Shown here one piece after another: positions 1 through 14,500 of a DNA stretch of 64,000 bases (positions within the stretch are counted from its first letter, which is position 1; each line of letters opens with the position of its first letter). This DNA is from Adineta vaga (Eukaryota > Animalia > Rotifera). The position numbers were made by a program, and so were the translations under genes. The stretch lies in assembly GCA_021613535.1 (NCBI GenBank), contig CP075494.1, positions 6,262,001 through 6,326,000 on the forward strand, given 5' to 3'. A model generated the notes under the pieces. The model worked only from the letters and a program-made list of their open reading frames with translations. It made no database searches and was not told the origin of the DNA.

Positions 1-2373
1 TTATCTTTATTTGGTCGAATTTTCATTAACAAACATTTGTAATATCTTAAAAAAACAATCGAAATAAACGAAAATGAGATTTCTTATTCTAGTTATTTTT
101 TGCTTGATTTTCTCCGCGATTCAATTGCTGACTAGCTAGAGGCATAGAGGTACGTTGTATGCTTGCACTTATCTTTTCTAGCGCGTATGTTTATTCAAAT
201 TAGTCTAGCCAATTTTCCTGTTCATCGAATGAATGCATTTCGTTCTTTCTATGGTAATGGAACAAGTTAAACAAACATTCCGCCTCTCTCTCTCTCTCTC
301 AGCTTCTTTCTGACAACTCCTCCGCCTTAACCAATTCAAGCACGTAAAAAGAAAACGAACGAATAGGAATTGATGTTGTTCTTTTTTGAGATTTCATCAT
401 TGTGAGAAGTGTGGAGCTTTTGTTCATTCAATTTCAAGTTCTTCGCAAACAATTCAGAGAAAAAAAACGAGAATTATGAATGTTGAGAATAGTACATTAC
501 ACTCAAGTTTATAGAAGCACAAACACATAGAAAAAAATGTCCGTGCAATACCCGAGGGTCAATCAACTGTTGCCTTGAATCAACAACCATTAGACTTTAA
601 CCTATAAAAATTGATGTGAGCAACAGTTGGATGAAAAACATGATCATCAATCAGACAGTTGTGTGCCGTTCTCATCAATTCATCAAGAGGGAGAGAGAGA
701 GAGAGAGAAGAAAATGACTTCATTAGAAAATTAACTAAGAAAAACAGAATCTAGTTTGCTTGTCTTCATTTAATATTCATTCGCATTGCTTACATAAGAA
801 ATCAAATTGAAAGTTAGAATGAATGAACAAACATCTCAACTGTTACTTTTTGTTGTCATTTCATTTGCACATTGTTAATCGAAAAGTCAAGTGGATGATG
901 ATGAACAAGAAGATTTTCCTCAATCGGCTGCATATTTTCACATAGATCACTGTCATATACGTCATACCGGATGTCTATTTTTCAATCTATCAATCAATGA
1001 AATCATCAGTTTCTTCCTCTCCAAGCATCATTAATTGTGAATTTCTTGTTAGAAATCTTCTTCGAATGTGAAACAACGTCCATATGGGAATTTGATTAGA
1101 AACTTTCCTTTTATTTTCTTGTTCAGTTATGTTTATCTAGACTTACAGTAGTAAAGAAATGTGCCAAATGAATTGTTTTCTTAACATTAACTACCATATG
1201 TGAATCTTGTCGGTTCAATCAGATGAAATGATCAAGACATATTGGTGATGATGCATACGAATGGTTTAAACTTTCACATTAGAAATAATAAAAAAAGAAA
1301 AATAAGTATTCAATGTTGACTATAAAAAAGTATAGGTTTCTATAAAAAAACAAAAAAAACACATTTTATATTCTCTTTTAACATGTTAAAGAGAGAGAAA
1401 AACAAAGAAGAGAGGCTAGGATAACAAAGTTTAGTATGAGATCTCGTCAATGAATGTGTGTTTATGTTACAAATCTGTATAAATATACGCTTTGATCAAA
1501 AAAAATCTAACCCATTAGGAAAAAAAGAACGATCGCGGGACGATGCAGCAGAATAGAGAAAGTGTAAGATGATGATAGACATAACTAACAATCGTTTTGA
1601 TTCTGGCCATGAATTCTTTTATTTGAAGACAAATTTATCTTTGAAAATGAACAAGTACAATTCATATTGGCAGTTAATTTCTTTTATGGTATATTTCCAT
1701 GCCTTACGGCTAACAAATGAAACCTTTTATCAAAATCAGCATCGACTAGAAAACAGATGAACACCTTGTGATGACGATAGCAATGTGTTTAAACAAATAT
1801 TATTTCAACTCTGTTACTGATCTTAAATGGCCGCGTGACGAACTTCATTCAATACAAATTATATCCGATAGGCAAAATCAAAGTTTGATTAGAAGCGGCG
1901 CCGGAAGAATGGATTATCTACATGTGTCAAAGATCATTTCATAACTGGTAAAAAAAGATTTTCTTTCTTTCATTCTCCTCTCTCTCTCTCTCGCTCGATC
2001 GTCTTCATCACAGTTGGAACCACGCCTTCTTCTTCTGTCTTTCTATCTATCAATCTGATTGATACCATTTAACAATCATCTGTTAAAACAGCATGAAAAT
2101 ATTGAAAACATATTGGAAAAACGAAAACGTATTTATTCTTCTATTCGAATACAGATGTGGATTTCGATTGAAATTGATTTATTAATAAATGATGACGTTC
2201 GTTTGCTCGAATAGAACAGCTACGACTTGTCAAAAGCAGTAACAACAACAACAACATTCTTTTCTCCAGGACGACGAACGATGTAAAAAGAAAGACTTCA
2301 TTTCATTGGTCAAAAATTCTGATTCGTGTAAAGAAGGAAAGAATGTCATCGTAATAATGATTGGCAGGGGAAG

Positions 2374-2380
<7 letters not shown>

Positions 2381-2407
<27 letters not shown>
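2381..2407. repeat. (GA)n microsatellite upstream of FoxC
   Basis: Run of gagagaga...; similar GA/CT tracts at about 284-300, 691-708 and 1978-1992. Confidence 0.9.
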
Positions 2408-2865
2408 TGAAGAGGGAGAGAAAAAAAACTCTACTGGATTTGTTATTCTTATAACGACGAAAGAAGAAAATTGCTTGATGAGTAAGCATACGCTGGTAGC
2501 AGTCTCTACGTACTTTTTATATTAATTTTGATTATCGGGAAGAACTTTTATTTATTTAACCAAGCAAAGAAAATTCTTCGTGTCCAAGGCTGTCAAAAAA
2601 GGACGAGAAGAGAGAAGAAGAAGAAGAAGAAGAAAGAAAGTAATAAAAACAGTCGATCAAATCGTAATTTCTGTTTATTATTACGAAAAACATACATTCG
2701 TCTATCCCTCCAGTCGATTTTCTTTTTATATGTTATACATCAACTAGTTCCGTATTTGTTTTATTTGGCTCATAGTATCAATGTTATTGTTTTCTTTTTT
2801 CTCTTATTAAAATAATCACTGTGATAAGCAATTAATATTGTAATCATCGAAAAATATAAATATAA

Positions 2866-4338
<1,473 letters not shown>

Positions 4339-5364
4339 AATCGTTTTCTTTTACAATTTTTCTTCTTTTCCTTTCTTTTTATGTAGATAGTGTTTGCGTG
4401 CGTGCGTGTGTGTATTCATGATCTCATCCTTTATTTTCAAAATCTCATCCATTTTCTTGCTTTGTGATTATTGTATTTGTATGTCCGTATGTGTGTATCG
4501 CGATCAACGAGGAAAATATAGACATTTCAGAATAATTCATTTTTTATCTTTCGTACGAAAAGTTTTAAGTATAATCGAACAAAACATGATTTACTAAGAA
4601 GTAGTTAAAAGCTTGTCAACAAGGATCGTTTTAACTCATTTCAATAACAAAAATAAGTTTACATGTAAATCAAGTTTCACTTCAACGACATTTTCATAAA
4701 TATTTTTCAATTAGTAATCTTATTCTTTCTTCCATTATATACAATGCAAGACAGTCTATGAAGAGTCTTGTTGATTTCGAATGTGAATTTATTCACATAG
4801 AAACCAGCTGTTACTTCACCACCCACTCTGAACAGACAGATAAACCTTTTATGGTAAAATAACTCAATACGAAATAAGAAAAGAGAGAGAGAGTGAAGAC
4901 GAACTTAGATTGAATTAACAAATAATTGTTCAAAAAGAAAGAGTTCTCCATCTAGTTAATATACAAAACGTTTTTTAAAAAGAAAACAATAATGATCATC
5001 GGTAACAGCTGGTGATATCAAGGCAAAAAGTGATTTTGATTTTCTTTAGTAATCATTGGAAGTTTTGAATGTGAAATATAACAAAGCACTAGCGAGTAAA
5101 TGATTATCTTTAATTTCACTATGTCACAGTTGCGAATGTTTTTCTTTTCTTCTTTTTTTGACGACTGATTCTTGTCCATTGTGATTTGATCGATTAAACC
5201 TCTTTCTTTTTTTCAATTTTCCAATAACATTGTGTTTTTTCCTCTCACTATCATTATCCTATCTCTTGTCGTTTTCTTTTTTTTTCTTCTTCGTCCAAGA
5301 CTGACAAAAATTGCGTATTAGATTCAAGTTAAAAACGGTTTCGCCAGTCACGTTGCTGTCTTCA

Positions 5365-8300
5365 ATGACGTCGCCATCATCATCATCGTCAATGGGACCA
5401 AATGCGAATACTGAAAAAAAACAATATTTATGTTTATTTCATGCGATTACATCGGGATTATCTGACGACAATCTTGGTTCGGATGAACAAGAAATCATTG
5501 AATTGATTTATTTAATTATCGATAGTGAAGAGAAAAAGGTGAGTTTCTGTTATTACTTTGATAGTTTATGTCAGTTTTGAATTTTCTGTATAGACTTTAG
5601 CTTTATATCGACAATATGTTCGACCATTTTACATTAATGTATTATCGAATGAATGTAAAGAAAGTAATGAAGTTGATGAAACATTAGTATTCTCATCTGA
5701 ATTAAATCTTGATGGAGCTGTGAGAAAAGTAATTGAAATTAATGAATTTTTCGTTTGGAATTTGTTCTTTTTCTAGTTTGATACCTTCTTACATGATAAG
5801 AATTTCCATCCTGATTCAGGAATAGATTTGATATTTGTTTGCGAGAATTGTCTTCATCTACGGCAATGTTTACATCCAGAAAGTGCGAAAAAATCAATAT
5901 CTTTACCTAATTATTACTGGAAATATTTTGATTTAAGACTTGAATTTCAACGGATGTATAAAACTTCTGCATCTTCCAATTTAATTTCCATGTGTGAAAG
6001 TACTTTTGCTAGAAGCAAGGAAAATCTATTTAGACTAATCTTTTCTTTTTTCATCTATAGCATTAAATCTTTCTCCTATATCAGACGATGATTATTGTAT
6101 GCGACATATTAAACTTATGGAAATGATTGTTCATCAAATGTTAAATGATGGTAAAATTATTTCACAAAAATTCAATATTCATGGTGATAGTTTATTCTAG
6201 GACATCATTTTGAAACACCTGAATCTATTATGATCAATTTACAACAAGGATTATGGTAATATACATCTATTGATTAATATTAAACTACGTATTTCTTATT
6301 TGATTAGTTCAATAGAAGATAATATTGAAGAAAGTACCGTTGTTCGTGCACGTGGTTTACCGTGGCAATGCACTGATCAAGATGTAGCGAAATTTTTTCG
6401 TGGCCTTGATATTGAAAAGTAAGATTAAAAATCAATGTTCGTATTAAACTGATTGATATGACTTTTACTTAGAGGTGGTGTTGCTTTATGTCTTAGTAGT
6501 CAAGGACGTCGTAATGGTGAAGCCTTAGTTCGTTTTACTACTATTGAACATCGAGAATTTGCATTACGACGACATAAACATCATATTGGACATCGTTATA
6601 TTGAAGTTTATAAAGCATCTGGACGTGATTTTCTGAATATAGCAGGAGGTAATAAAAAAAAGAGAGATAAATTATCTTTAATTTCTTTTTTCGATCAATG
6701 ATCTTTCTTTATACTTTAAACTTCCGGTCGGTTGTCTTTCGTTTTCTCTGAGTAAAGGTCATTGATCATTAACGACTGACAACATTTCGAATGTGGTAGG
6801 TTATGCAAATATAGCTAAGAAGAAGAAAAAAAATTGACCGAATAACGAACTCTATTTATTCAAGGATTAAAAAGATTCACTTGTGAACAATAAGGAAAGT
6901 GAACGCAAGCATGAGTAAATCATCTCATCATTATTAAATTGTCTTGTATCAGTCTCGCGTCTCGATAAACTCAGACATTGATAATGAAGAATTTTTCTCG
7001 AAAAGAAAAAAAAATGCGTCATATTGAAAGAAATCGAAACTAATCTCTTCTGTTTTGTTGAAGGTAAATAATTAAAAATCTTTGCAATGTATACGCGCGC
7101 GTCCTTTTGTCATCATTATCATCATCACAAATAAAAGAACAAGAAGAAAAAAAAACGAATCGAGAGATTGAGAAGACAATAATTCGATCGGTTCTTTTTT
7201 TTGTGTCAAATTTGCTTGCCTTCATGTATGTGTGTTCAAGCTTCTAAGTTGTCTGTCAACGAAAGTTTAGCGTTCTTACTAATATTGTTGATACTTGTCA
7301 AACGTGTTAAATATTTTACTATTCTTTTTTTTCTTCTTTAAAATCGAAGAAAGCAGTAGTCAATCATTGACGAAATAAAACGTCGTTTTTTTTTCTCTCT
7401 CGTTTTCGCTTGCATTTCGAAAATCATTTACATAAACACATAAACATACATTATAGAGATTTAAAAATGTGTTCAATGTAAAAAAAAAAAACTTCTATCC
7501 ATGGGCAATACCAAAGGTGTATCTTATAATGGCAATTTGTATTATCATTATTTAAATTATTTAAAAAGTTTGTATATTAACATCTTGAAATAATTTTACT
7601 TCTGTTCTCGTTTCTTTTCTTTTCGCAAATCTGTTTTCAATTAGTAGTAGATAGATAGAGTGTCACTTTTCTTTGACATTCGTAATATCTTTTAAGCTCC
7701 TACGATTTCGAAGAAGTAAAGCTTTGAAGAATAGTAATAGATATCTTTTCTTCTCAATCAGATGTATCGACTCGGTAAGCATTGCAATAGAATTTTCCAT
7801 GCAGGGATTTTGTGCACTTGCATTTGAAGAATTATTTCAATGTTCGTTTTTTCTGCTTACAGGATCGAATTCAGAAGCTCAAGCTTTTCTACAACGTGAT
7901 GGTCAAGTAATTATTCGTATGCGTGGTTTACCATTTGATGCAACGGCAAAAGATGTGGTAAGTTTGAAATAACGAATTGATGCGAAAAGAAAAAATTTGT
8001 TTGATTAAGATCGAATTTTTTACTCGTGGTGATATACCAACTCATGTTGTTGACGGTGAAGATGGTGTTTTATTTGTTCACTATCCCGATGGACGAAGTA
8101 CAGGTGATGCTTTTGTTATGGTGAAAACAGAAAATGAAGCATCACAAGCATTACTTAAACATAAGGAAACGATGGGAGTACGATATATTGAATTATTTCG
8201 AAGTACAACAGCTGAAGTTCAACAAGTTCGTTATTAGAATGAGATTTTCCGTGAGATAAATTTCATTGTATATGAATAGGTTTTTCGACGAAGTCAAGAT

Positions 8301-9250
8301 CCAAAAAATTTTCAAACATCATTGAAAGACATTCCATTTGCACCATTACCAATTCTACCGCCAGAAATGTTAACAACGGGAAATAAAAGAGATTGTATTC
8401 GAGTTCGAAATCTGCCAATTGAATGTGGTATTGAACAAATTTTAGAATTTCTTGGTATTCATTCACAACATATTGTATGAAACTTCTTCTTTTTTTTTCT
8501 TCTCTATCGAAACGAAATTCATCTCTTCTAGGTTGCACAAGGTGTTCATATGGTTTATAATGCACATGTATGTTTATATAATCATGATGAAATAAATGAA
8601 TAATTGTATTTTCTTTTTCAAAGGGTCAACCATCAGGTGAAGCATTCATTCAAATGGATTCAGAAGGTTCATCATTCAATGCAGCTTCACATAAAAACAA
8701 TAAATATATGTTTTTTAATGGTAAAAAACGATATCTTGAAGTTCTTCAATGTTCAGGTGAAGATATGAATCATATTTTACTTGGTCTTGTTCCATCAAAT
8801 TTAATTCCAACGAATATTCAACGGCCAAATATCTATTCATCTCATCGTGGTAATGAAAAATCAATTCATTGATTCATATGCATCAGATTTTAATCTCTAT
8901 TTTAGCTGCACCACTTGTACCCATTTCAACATTACCACAACAAATGCTTCCACCCACAATGCCAATTTCCTTATCTCAACCATCAGGAATTCCAAATATT
9001 CCACTTACATCTGTACATCCTAATAATTCATCCGCAGCAACTATGAATGGATTACATCCGAATGCTACTTATTATCCTATGCAAGTTTTCTATTATCCAG
9101 CACCATCAATATCTCCACCAATTTATCTACAAACTGGACAAATGCATCCAGCACCAATGACCCTTGTTTTACGAGGTGAGTCATTCCTTCAATATAAATC
9201 TTTTTTTCAATGTATGCTTTTTTTTCGTAGGAGAAACCGGTCAATACTAG
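5365..9250 (+). CDS. ESRP: Epithelial splicing regulatory protein (ESRP1/2, fusilli): N-terminal exonuclease-like domain plus 3 RRMs
   Basis: LGSDEQEII and [10 protein letters not shown]-terminal motifs; RRM1 [10 protein letters not shown]...[11 protein letters not shown]; RRM2 [12 protein letters not shown]...[10 protein letters not shown]; RRM3 DCIRVRNLP...[11 protein letters not shown]; last exon 9231-9250 ends GETGQY-stop. Confidence 0.93.
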
Positions 9251-9628
9251 TGCATATAATACATCTTTTCTCTAAAGTTGTCTTTCGTTTTGTTCCGACA
9301 ATGCAGTGAATATCTTCTGTTTCTCTCAATGCAATTTAACGTGTAATTACTTAGTTTAAAAACGCATACATACACAAAAGAATGCCATATACTTCTTGAA
9401 CTAAATCAGCAGTGATTGCAATTTTGTTTATTCTGTTTTTTTTTCTGTACTCATGTTTACTGCTATTATTGTATCTTCTATTTTACATTCTTTAAATTAT
9501 TCATAATATGTTTTTTTTGTCATTTTTATTCGTATTAAATCTTAATACTTCTTTTGTGAAACTGATTTCAATAGCATTGAAAATCTATTGTATATGACTG
9601 GTAATTATAGTTAAAGTACCGATGTGAT

Positions 9629-9636
9629 TGACGTCA
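9629..9636. promoter_or_regulatory. CRE palindrome TGACGTCA about 170 bp upstream of the EF-hand gene
   Basis: Exact consensus match; function not shown. Confidence 0.35.
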
Positions 9637-9805
9637 TTGAGTACTGGATGTTTGAATCATTGTCTTGCTCATCTTTTCATCGAACGAATCAATAGGCGAT
9701 AATGAATGATGATTTACAAAACAGCTGTGACCATCGGTGAATAAATAGTATTGTTATATGACATTTTTTCTATCATTCTTTTCTTACACTGCGCAAATCT
9801 TTCAA

Positions 9806-10163
9806 ATGGCTGCATCGAACAGTAAGTTTTACGTTTGCTCTTAACGTAAATTGTTAAATATGTCTATTAGATAAATCAAGTAATCCCAAGGAAGATTTAA
9901 CGAAAGAATTTCGATTGTTTGATAAAAACAATGATGGATTTATCGACAAAACAGAATTGAAAGCAGTTTTACAGAAGATTTTACCGAAATTTCAATTATC
10001 GGATGATGAAATCAAACGAATGATTTCCAACATCGATACGAATAAGGATGGTAGAATCGATTATAAAGGTAAATAAACCATTTTACTGCCTCTTAATTGT
10101 TCCAATCTGAATTATTTAATAGAATTTATGGAATCAATTTATCCACAACTATCATCAATGTAA
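9806..10163 (+). CDS. Small calmodulin-like protein with two EF-hands (3 exons; missed by the ORF track)
   Basis: Exons 9806-9821, 9871-10068, 10123-10163; EFRLFDKNNDGFIDKTEL...MISNIDTNKDGRIDYKEF gives two canonical EF loops. Confidence 0.88.
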
Positions 10164-10791
10164 CACATCTGTCTTATTCAGAAATATATTCCAATGAAAT
10201 AGAAACGAACAATTTTACAATATTAGTTGAATTGTTATCTATTCTTATTAAGGTTTTCTTCGAATAAATTTCTTTTCTCATAAACAAGAATATCACCTTT
10301 TTTTAAAAATTATAGTGTAATGAATGTGAAAAGACTCCTAGTCATAATATTCGTACGCATGTTATTTTAAACCAATACTTACATTGCAATTTAACTATAA
10401 CCCATCTCAGCAGATCATGGTGGTTGAATTCTTCGAAACTGCGAGAAAAATCTCGAACGTATAGAAACAAATCATGATTCATCTTTACTTTCTTTTCTTG
10501 CGAACAAAACTATTCTGTATTGTTATATTCATATTTTGTTCATTTATTTCACTAATCAGTAACAAAAGAAAAGAGATATAATTTCCTCTAACTATTTTGA
10601 TAAAATTTCTGCAATCATGATCAGAAAGAGATAGAGATACAGCTATATTTCCGAAGTCTTGAGGTTGTTTATTAAATCAACAAGAAAAGAAATACACTAA
10701 TTTTTTAGATAGTTGTCAAGTGTTTGATTTCTCGATTATATTTTTATAGATAAAAGCAAAAGTCAATTTAGTTTGCTTCACACGATGATTA

Positions 10792-11001
10792 TCAAGGCGA
10801 TGGAGCTGCTAAAAGTGGTGCACAAATCGTTGCACATCCTGCTAAAGTTAATCCAACACTTAGCACAAAGGTACCAACTCCGCATATCGATTCACATGCT
10901 CGGATACAGGTAGCATACGCTTCTGGTCCCGCATGTGTTGGCATAATAGAACCAAGTAAAAGAATCAGGATTAGATTACGAACGACGAAAGTGTTTTCCA
11001 T
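10792..11001 (-). CDS. Secreted hydrophobic cysteine-rich peptide, copy A (69 aa)
   Basis: Signal peptide ending THA-GP; CxxxCxxxC...CxxxC; C-terminal LLAAPSP; paralogue on the opposite strand. Confidence 0.85.
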   Translation of the reverse strand: MENTFVVRNLILILLLGSIMPTHAGPEAYATCIRACESICGVGTFVLSVGLTLAGCATICAPLLAAPSP

Positions 11002-11729
11002 TGAATTCTATTTGTTGAGAAAGAAGATAGATATTGAATCGAAAATATTCCTTCGATGCCTTACCGTATTGTTTTGAAGGATGGGTTGTGTTGTCGTCGA
11101 AAGATTTAGTAAAGTTGAGCAGAAGAAAAGTCGATTATATTTATACTAGATCGTGAATCGCAAGGAATTTTCCGCTGCTAAATGTGATCATTGAAATAAT
11201 ATACGAGAGAAGTGACGCCGTATGAACGGATGACGTAATTTTTCTGGTTTGTTGTTTCCATAATCGCATTTAGAAGCAGAAAATCTCTTCTACGGTTGGT
11301 AAATTCCAACTAACCTACCCAGGTTCATATGATATTCAGGTATAGATATGTAAGCAAATAAATGAAATATATATTCGCTTATGGTATTTTCCTTCTTTTC
11401 TTTCATTCTATGCATGACGTTTTCTTTGTTTCCTTCGTTCTATACATATGATGTATTACCTCGATTCTTTTCTGATCACTCTGATGGACCTATATTTGAA
11501 CACTCATTGATGCAAGGGAAGAAACTTATAACATCTAGGTTTTTTCCCCTTCAAACTGTTACCTATATATATGTTCACAATCTCTTGAAAATAAACAGTG
11601 AAAAATATCTAACTATAAAAATTGACTTTTTCAACAACGACACAACCCACCTTTCAAAACAATACGGTAAGGCATTGAAGAAATATTTTCGATTCGATAT
11701 CTATTTTCTTTCTCAACATATAGAATTCA

Positions 11730-11939
11730 ATGGAAAACACTTTCATTGTCCGCAATCTAATCCTCATTCTTTTACTTGGATCTATCGTACCAACACAAGC
11801 AGGACCAACTGCCTATGCATCATGTATTGCAGCATGTTATTCAGCATGTGCTGCTGGAACTTTATGCTATGGAGTGGCATTATGTGCAGTAGGATGTGGA
11901 ACCATATGCGCTCCGTTGCTGCCAACTCCTACACCTTGA
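11730..11939 (+). CDS. Secreted hydrophobic cysteine-rich peptide, copy B (69 aa)
   Basis: Signal peptide ending TQA-GP; 7 Cys; C-terminal LLPTPTP; 47/69 aa identical to copy A; putative 5' UTR intron 11667-11723. Confidence 0.85.
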   Translation: MENTFIVRNLILILLLGSIVPTQAGPTAYASCIAACYSACAAGTLCYGVALCAVGCGTICAPLLPTPTP

Positions 11940-12384
11940 TGATCATTGTGCGAATCCAACTAAATTGATTGCTGCTCTTATGTATAAAAATATAATCAAG
12001 AAACCAAACAGATAACTCCTACGTGGAATTAAACTATCTCTTTTCTCGTTTTCACTATTGATTATTTTATTCAATAAACTATTCGGCGTAGTACATTTTT
12101 GTTTTCATATTTGTAAATTACAAATGATAAAGATTGTTTTTATTTGAAACAAGACACACTAAAAGAGATGCAAGTCCACGTCGAACGAATCTTTGTTAGT
12201 ACTCTTCTATTCGTCTCATGTTGCAAAGTTAAAATTAAATATCTTAAGTTTGATAAGAAATGTTTTACTTTTATTAAATACAAAAAAAAAAGAGAATGTG
12301 TTTTTTAGAATGAATTACAATCAATATCAAGAATTTCATTCATAAATGAGAACGTACCTTTTCTATCTGTCATTTTTTTTTCAT

Positions 12385-14099
12385 TTAATTCATTGCTGCA
12401 TCATCTGATAAATCGCCTTCGTCCATCATCATATTGCCTTGACCAGTTGGAACAAAATGTCGACGAGAAACATTCATAGTATTATTATTATTATTTGGTG
12501 AACGAGTTGACGATGATATTGAATCATCCTTTACACAAAGATTTACTTTGATTATTGCTGAACGAAGTAAAAGTGCACGTGTAATTTTTTCCGATTGTTT
12601 CGTTATTGCTAATGCATGTTGATATGCATGCCAACGTTGATCTGTATCAGCAACGTATAAAATTTTATTTTTCGAATCAATTCGTGCTTTAATTTTGCCT
12701 GAACGTATCAAACTAACAAGTTCATCTTCGAGAACATCGATCGTTGTATTCAATTGATTGGCCATTGTTGTCATACTTGCATTTTTATAAGGAAGAAAAT
12801 AAGTTATAATAATTCGATGACGAATTTCATAATATAAAGTACGTAAATGTGGTACAAGATATTGATCTAATGCTAAAATTGATTCGATTTGAGACATTAA
12901 TGCTAAACATGTTGAATAGGATGTTTCATAAAATTTCAAAAGAATATCTCGAACAGATGGTTCTAATTCCAAATATTGTTTCATATTGGGTGACATGATT
13001 ATTAAACGATGTAATTCAGATCTTTCAAATGTTGCTAAACTACATAGACAAACATATTGAATGAGTGTCTGAGGTGAGATAAGATCTTGAAAATGATTTG
13101 AACAATGTTCAAATGAAACGCCGAGAAAATGTCGTGCAGCTAATTTATATCTCTTTGTTGCTAATTCAGCAATACCAGCATAAACTTTCAAACGTGATCC
13201 TAAGATTGCATCTGATGCAATCGTTGCATTTGTTGTTGAAACATCCATTGGATTCATAACTGATGCTGTTGTTGTCGATGGTGTTGTTGTTGCTGTTGAT
13301 GATGATGATGATGATGATGATTTAGTTGTTGATTCTAAACTTTCAATTGCTTGTTCAGCTTTGCTAACATATGATAAAACATTCGACCAATTTTGCATAT
13401 AAAATGATGCTTTAATAACATTCATACACATCGTTATCATATGTCGTGGCGTAACACAATAATCTCTCGAACGTACATAACAACGAATAGCATTGAAGAA
13501 ATCTCCTGCATCTAAATAATGATCACCAAGATCATCATGACCACGACGTATAGAATCTTTGATTGAATTCGTACGAAAATTTCTCAAATCAGTATCAAGT
13601 TTTTCTAATTTTTGAGTATAACCACGTTGAGTTTTTTCATACCAAGTTGAATCCAAATCATTTGGTAATGGAATATTTTGTTTTTTCATTTCATCCAAAA
13701 CCTTTAATTTTTTTTCAAAACAAAAATAATAAAGATTAAATCAAATTTTTCTTTTATGAATATCTTTACCTGTTTATAAAGTGAAGTAAAATGTGTTTCT
13801 TGAATATATTTTAAACTTGTTAAAAGTGCTTCATTGTGTAATGCTGGACAATGATCTGCAATATATAATAAACGATAAATACGCATAAGACCTGTATAAG
13901 ATGATGTTATTGTATCAAGTTCAAAACCAGTCGAAGAGATATTAACTTGATAATTGCCTTCATATGTTGATGTTGTAGAATTTCCATTTGTATGTTGCAT
14001 GGAAAGATTATTATTTGTATCACCACTACTGCTAACGATATTTTGAATATCCATTTGTTGATTGTGAGCGCTACCTTCGAAATTTCTTGACAAATTCAT
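12385..14099 (-). CDS. GPS1: COP9 signalosome subunit 1 (exons 14099-13770, 13701-12385)
   Basis: LEKLDTDLRNFRTNSIKDSIRRGHDDLGDHYLDAGD; PCI domain with LIRSGKIKARIDSKNKIL. Confidence 0.95.
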
Positions 14100-14500
14100 G
14101 TCTAAAATAGATATTATATAAATACAATGAAAGATAAATAAATTAACATCGTTTTCCACGATTTTAAACTTTGTGTTTTCTATAGATATAAACCAATCGT
14201 TATTCGGATATGATCAAAATGGTCTTTTTAGTATTAGAGATGAAAATACATTGTTGAATACACATCTTTTATATTAAGAAAATCAGTATCAGTTTCTTTC
14301 TATTGATATTTAGTTTTATGTGTGACGAAGGATAAAAGAAGACCATTGATTCGTTATTCTATAGAACCAATCGAATCATTTTCACTAAATAAACATTATA
14401 TGTCCAGAATGGGAGAAAAAATGTAATAAAATATTGAATTTTGTAAGCTTATAATCAAAATAATATCTACATTCTATATAAAATATTCATCCGTCCAACT

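Larger units (their letters stand above)
10721..12010. repeat. Inverted duplication (arms about 10721-11105 and 11628-12010) carrying the two peptide genes head to head
   Basis: Reverse complement of 11002-11100 aligns with about 11630-11729 (caaaacaatacggtaaggcat...tagaattcaatgg); 3' flanks also align (aactaaattga...tataaaaatataatc). Confidence 0.9.

Noticed and set aside
11381-11968. 195-aa ORF overlapping peptide copy B
   Set aside because: It runs through promoter and intron sequence in another frame and has no counterpart in the inverted copy
10721-12010. Inverted arms as transposon TIRs
   Set aside because: The arms are diverged gene copies; no transposase or target-site duplication seen
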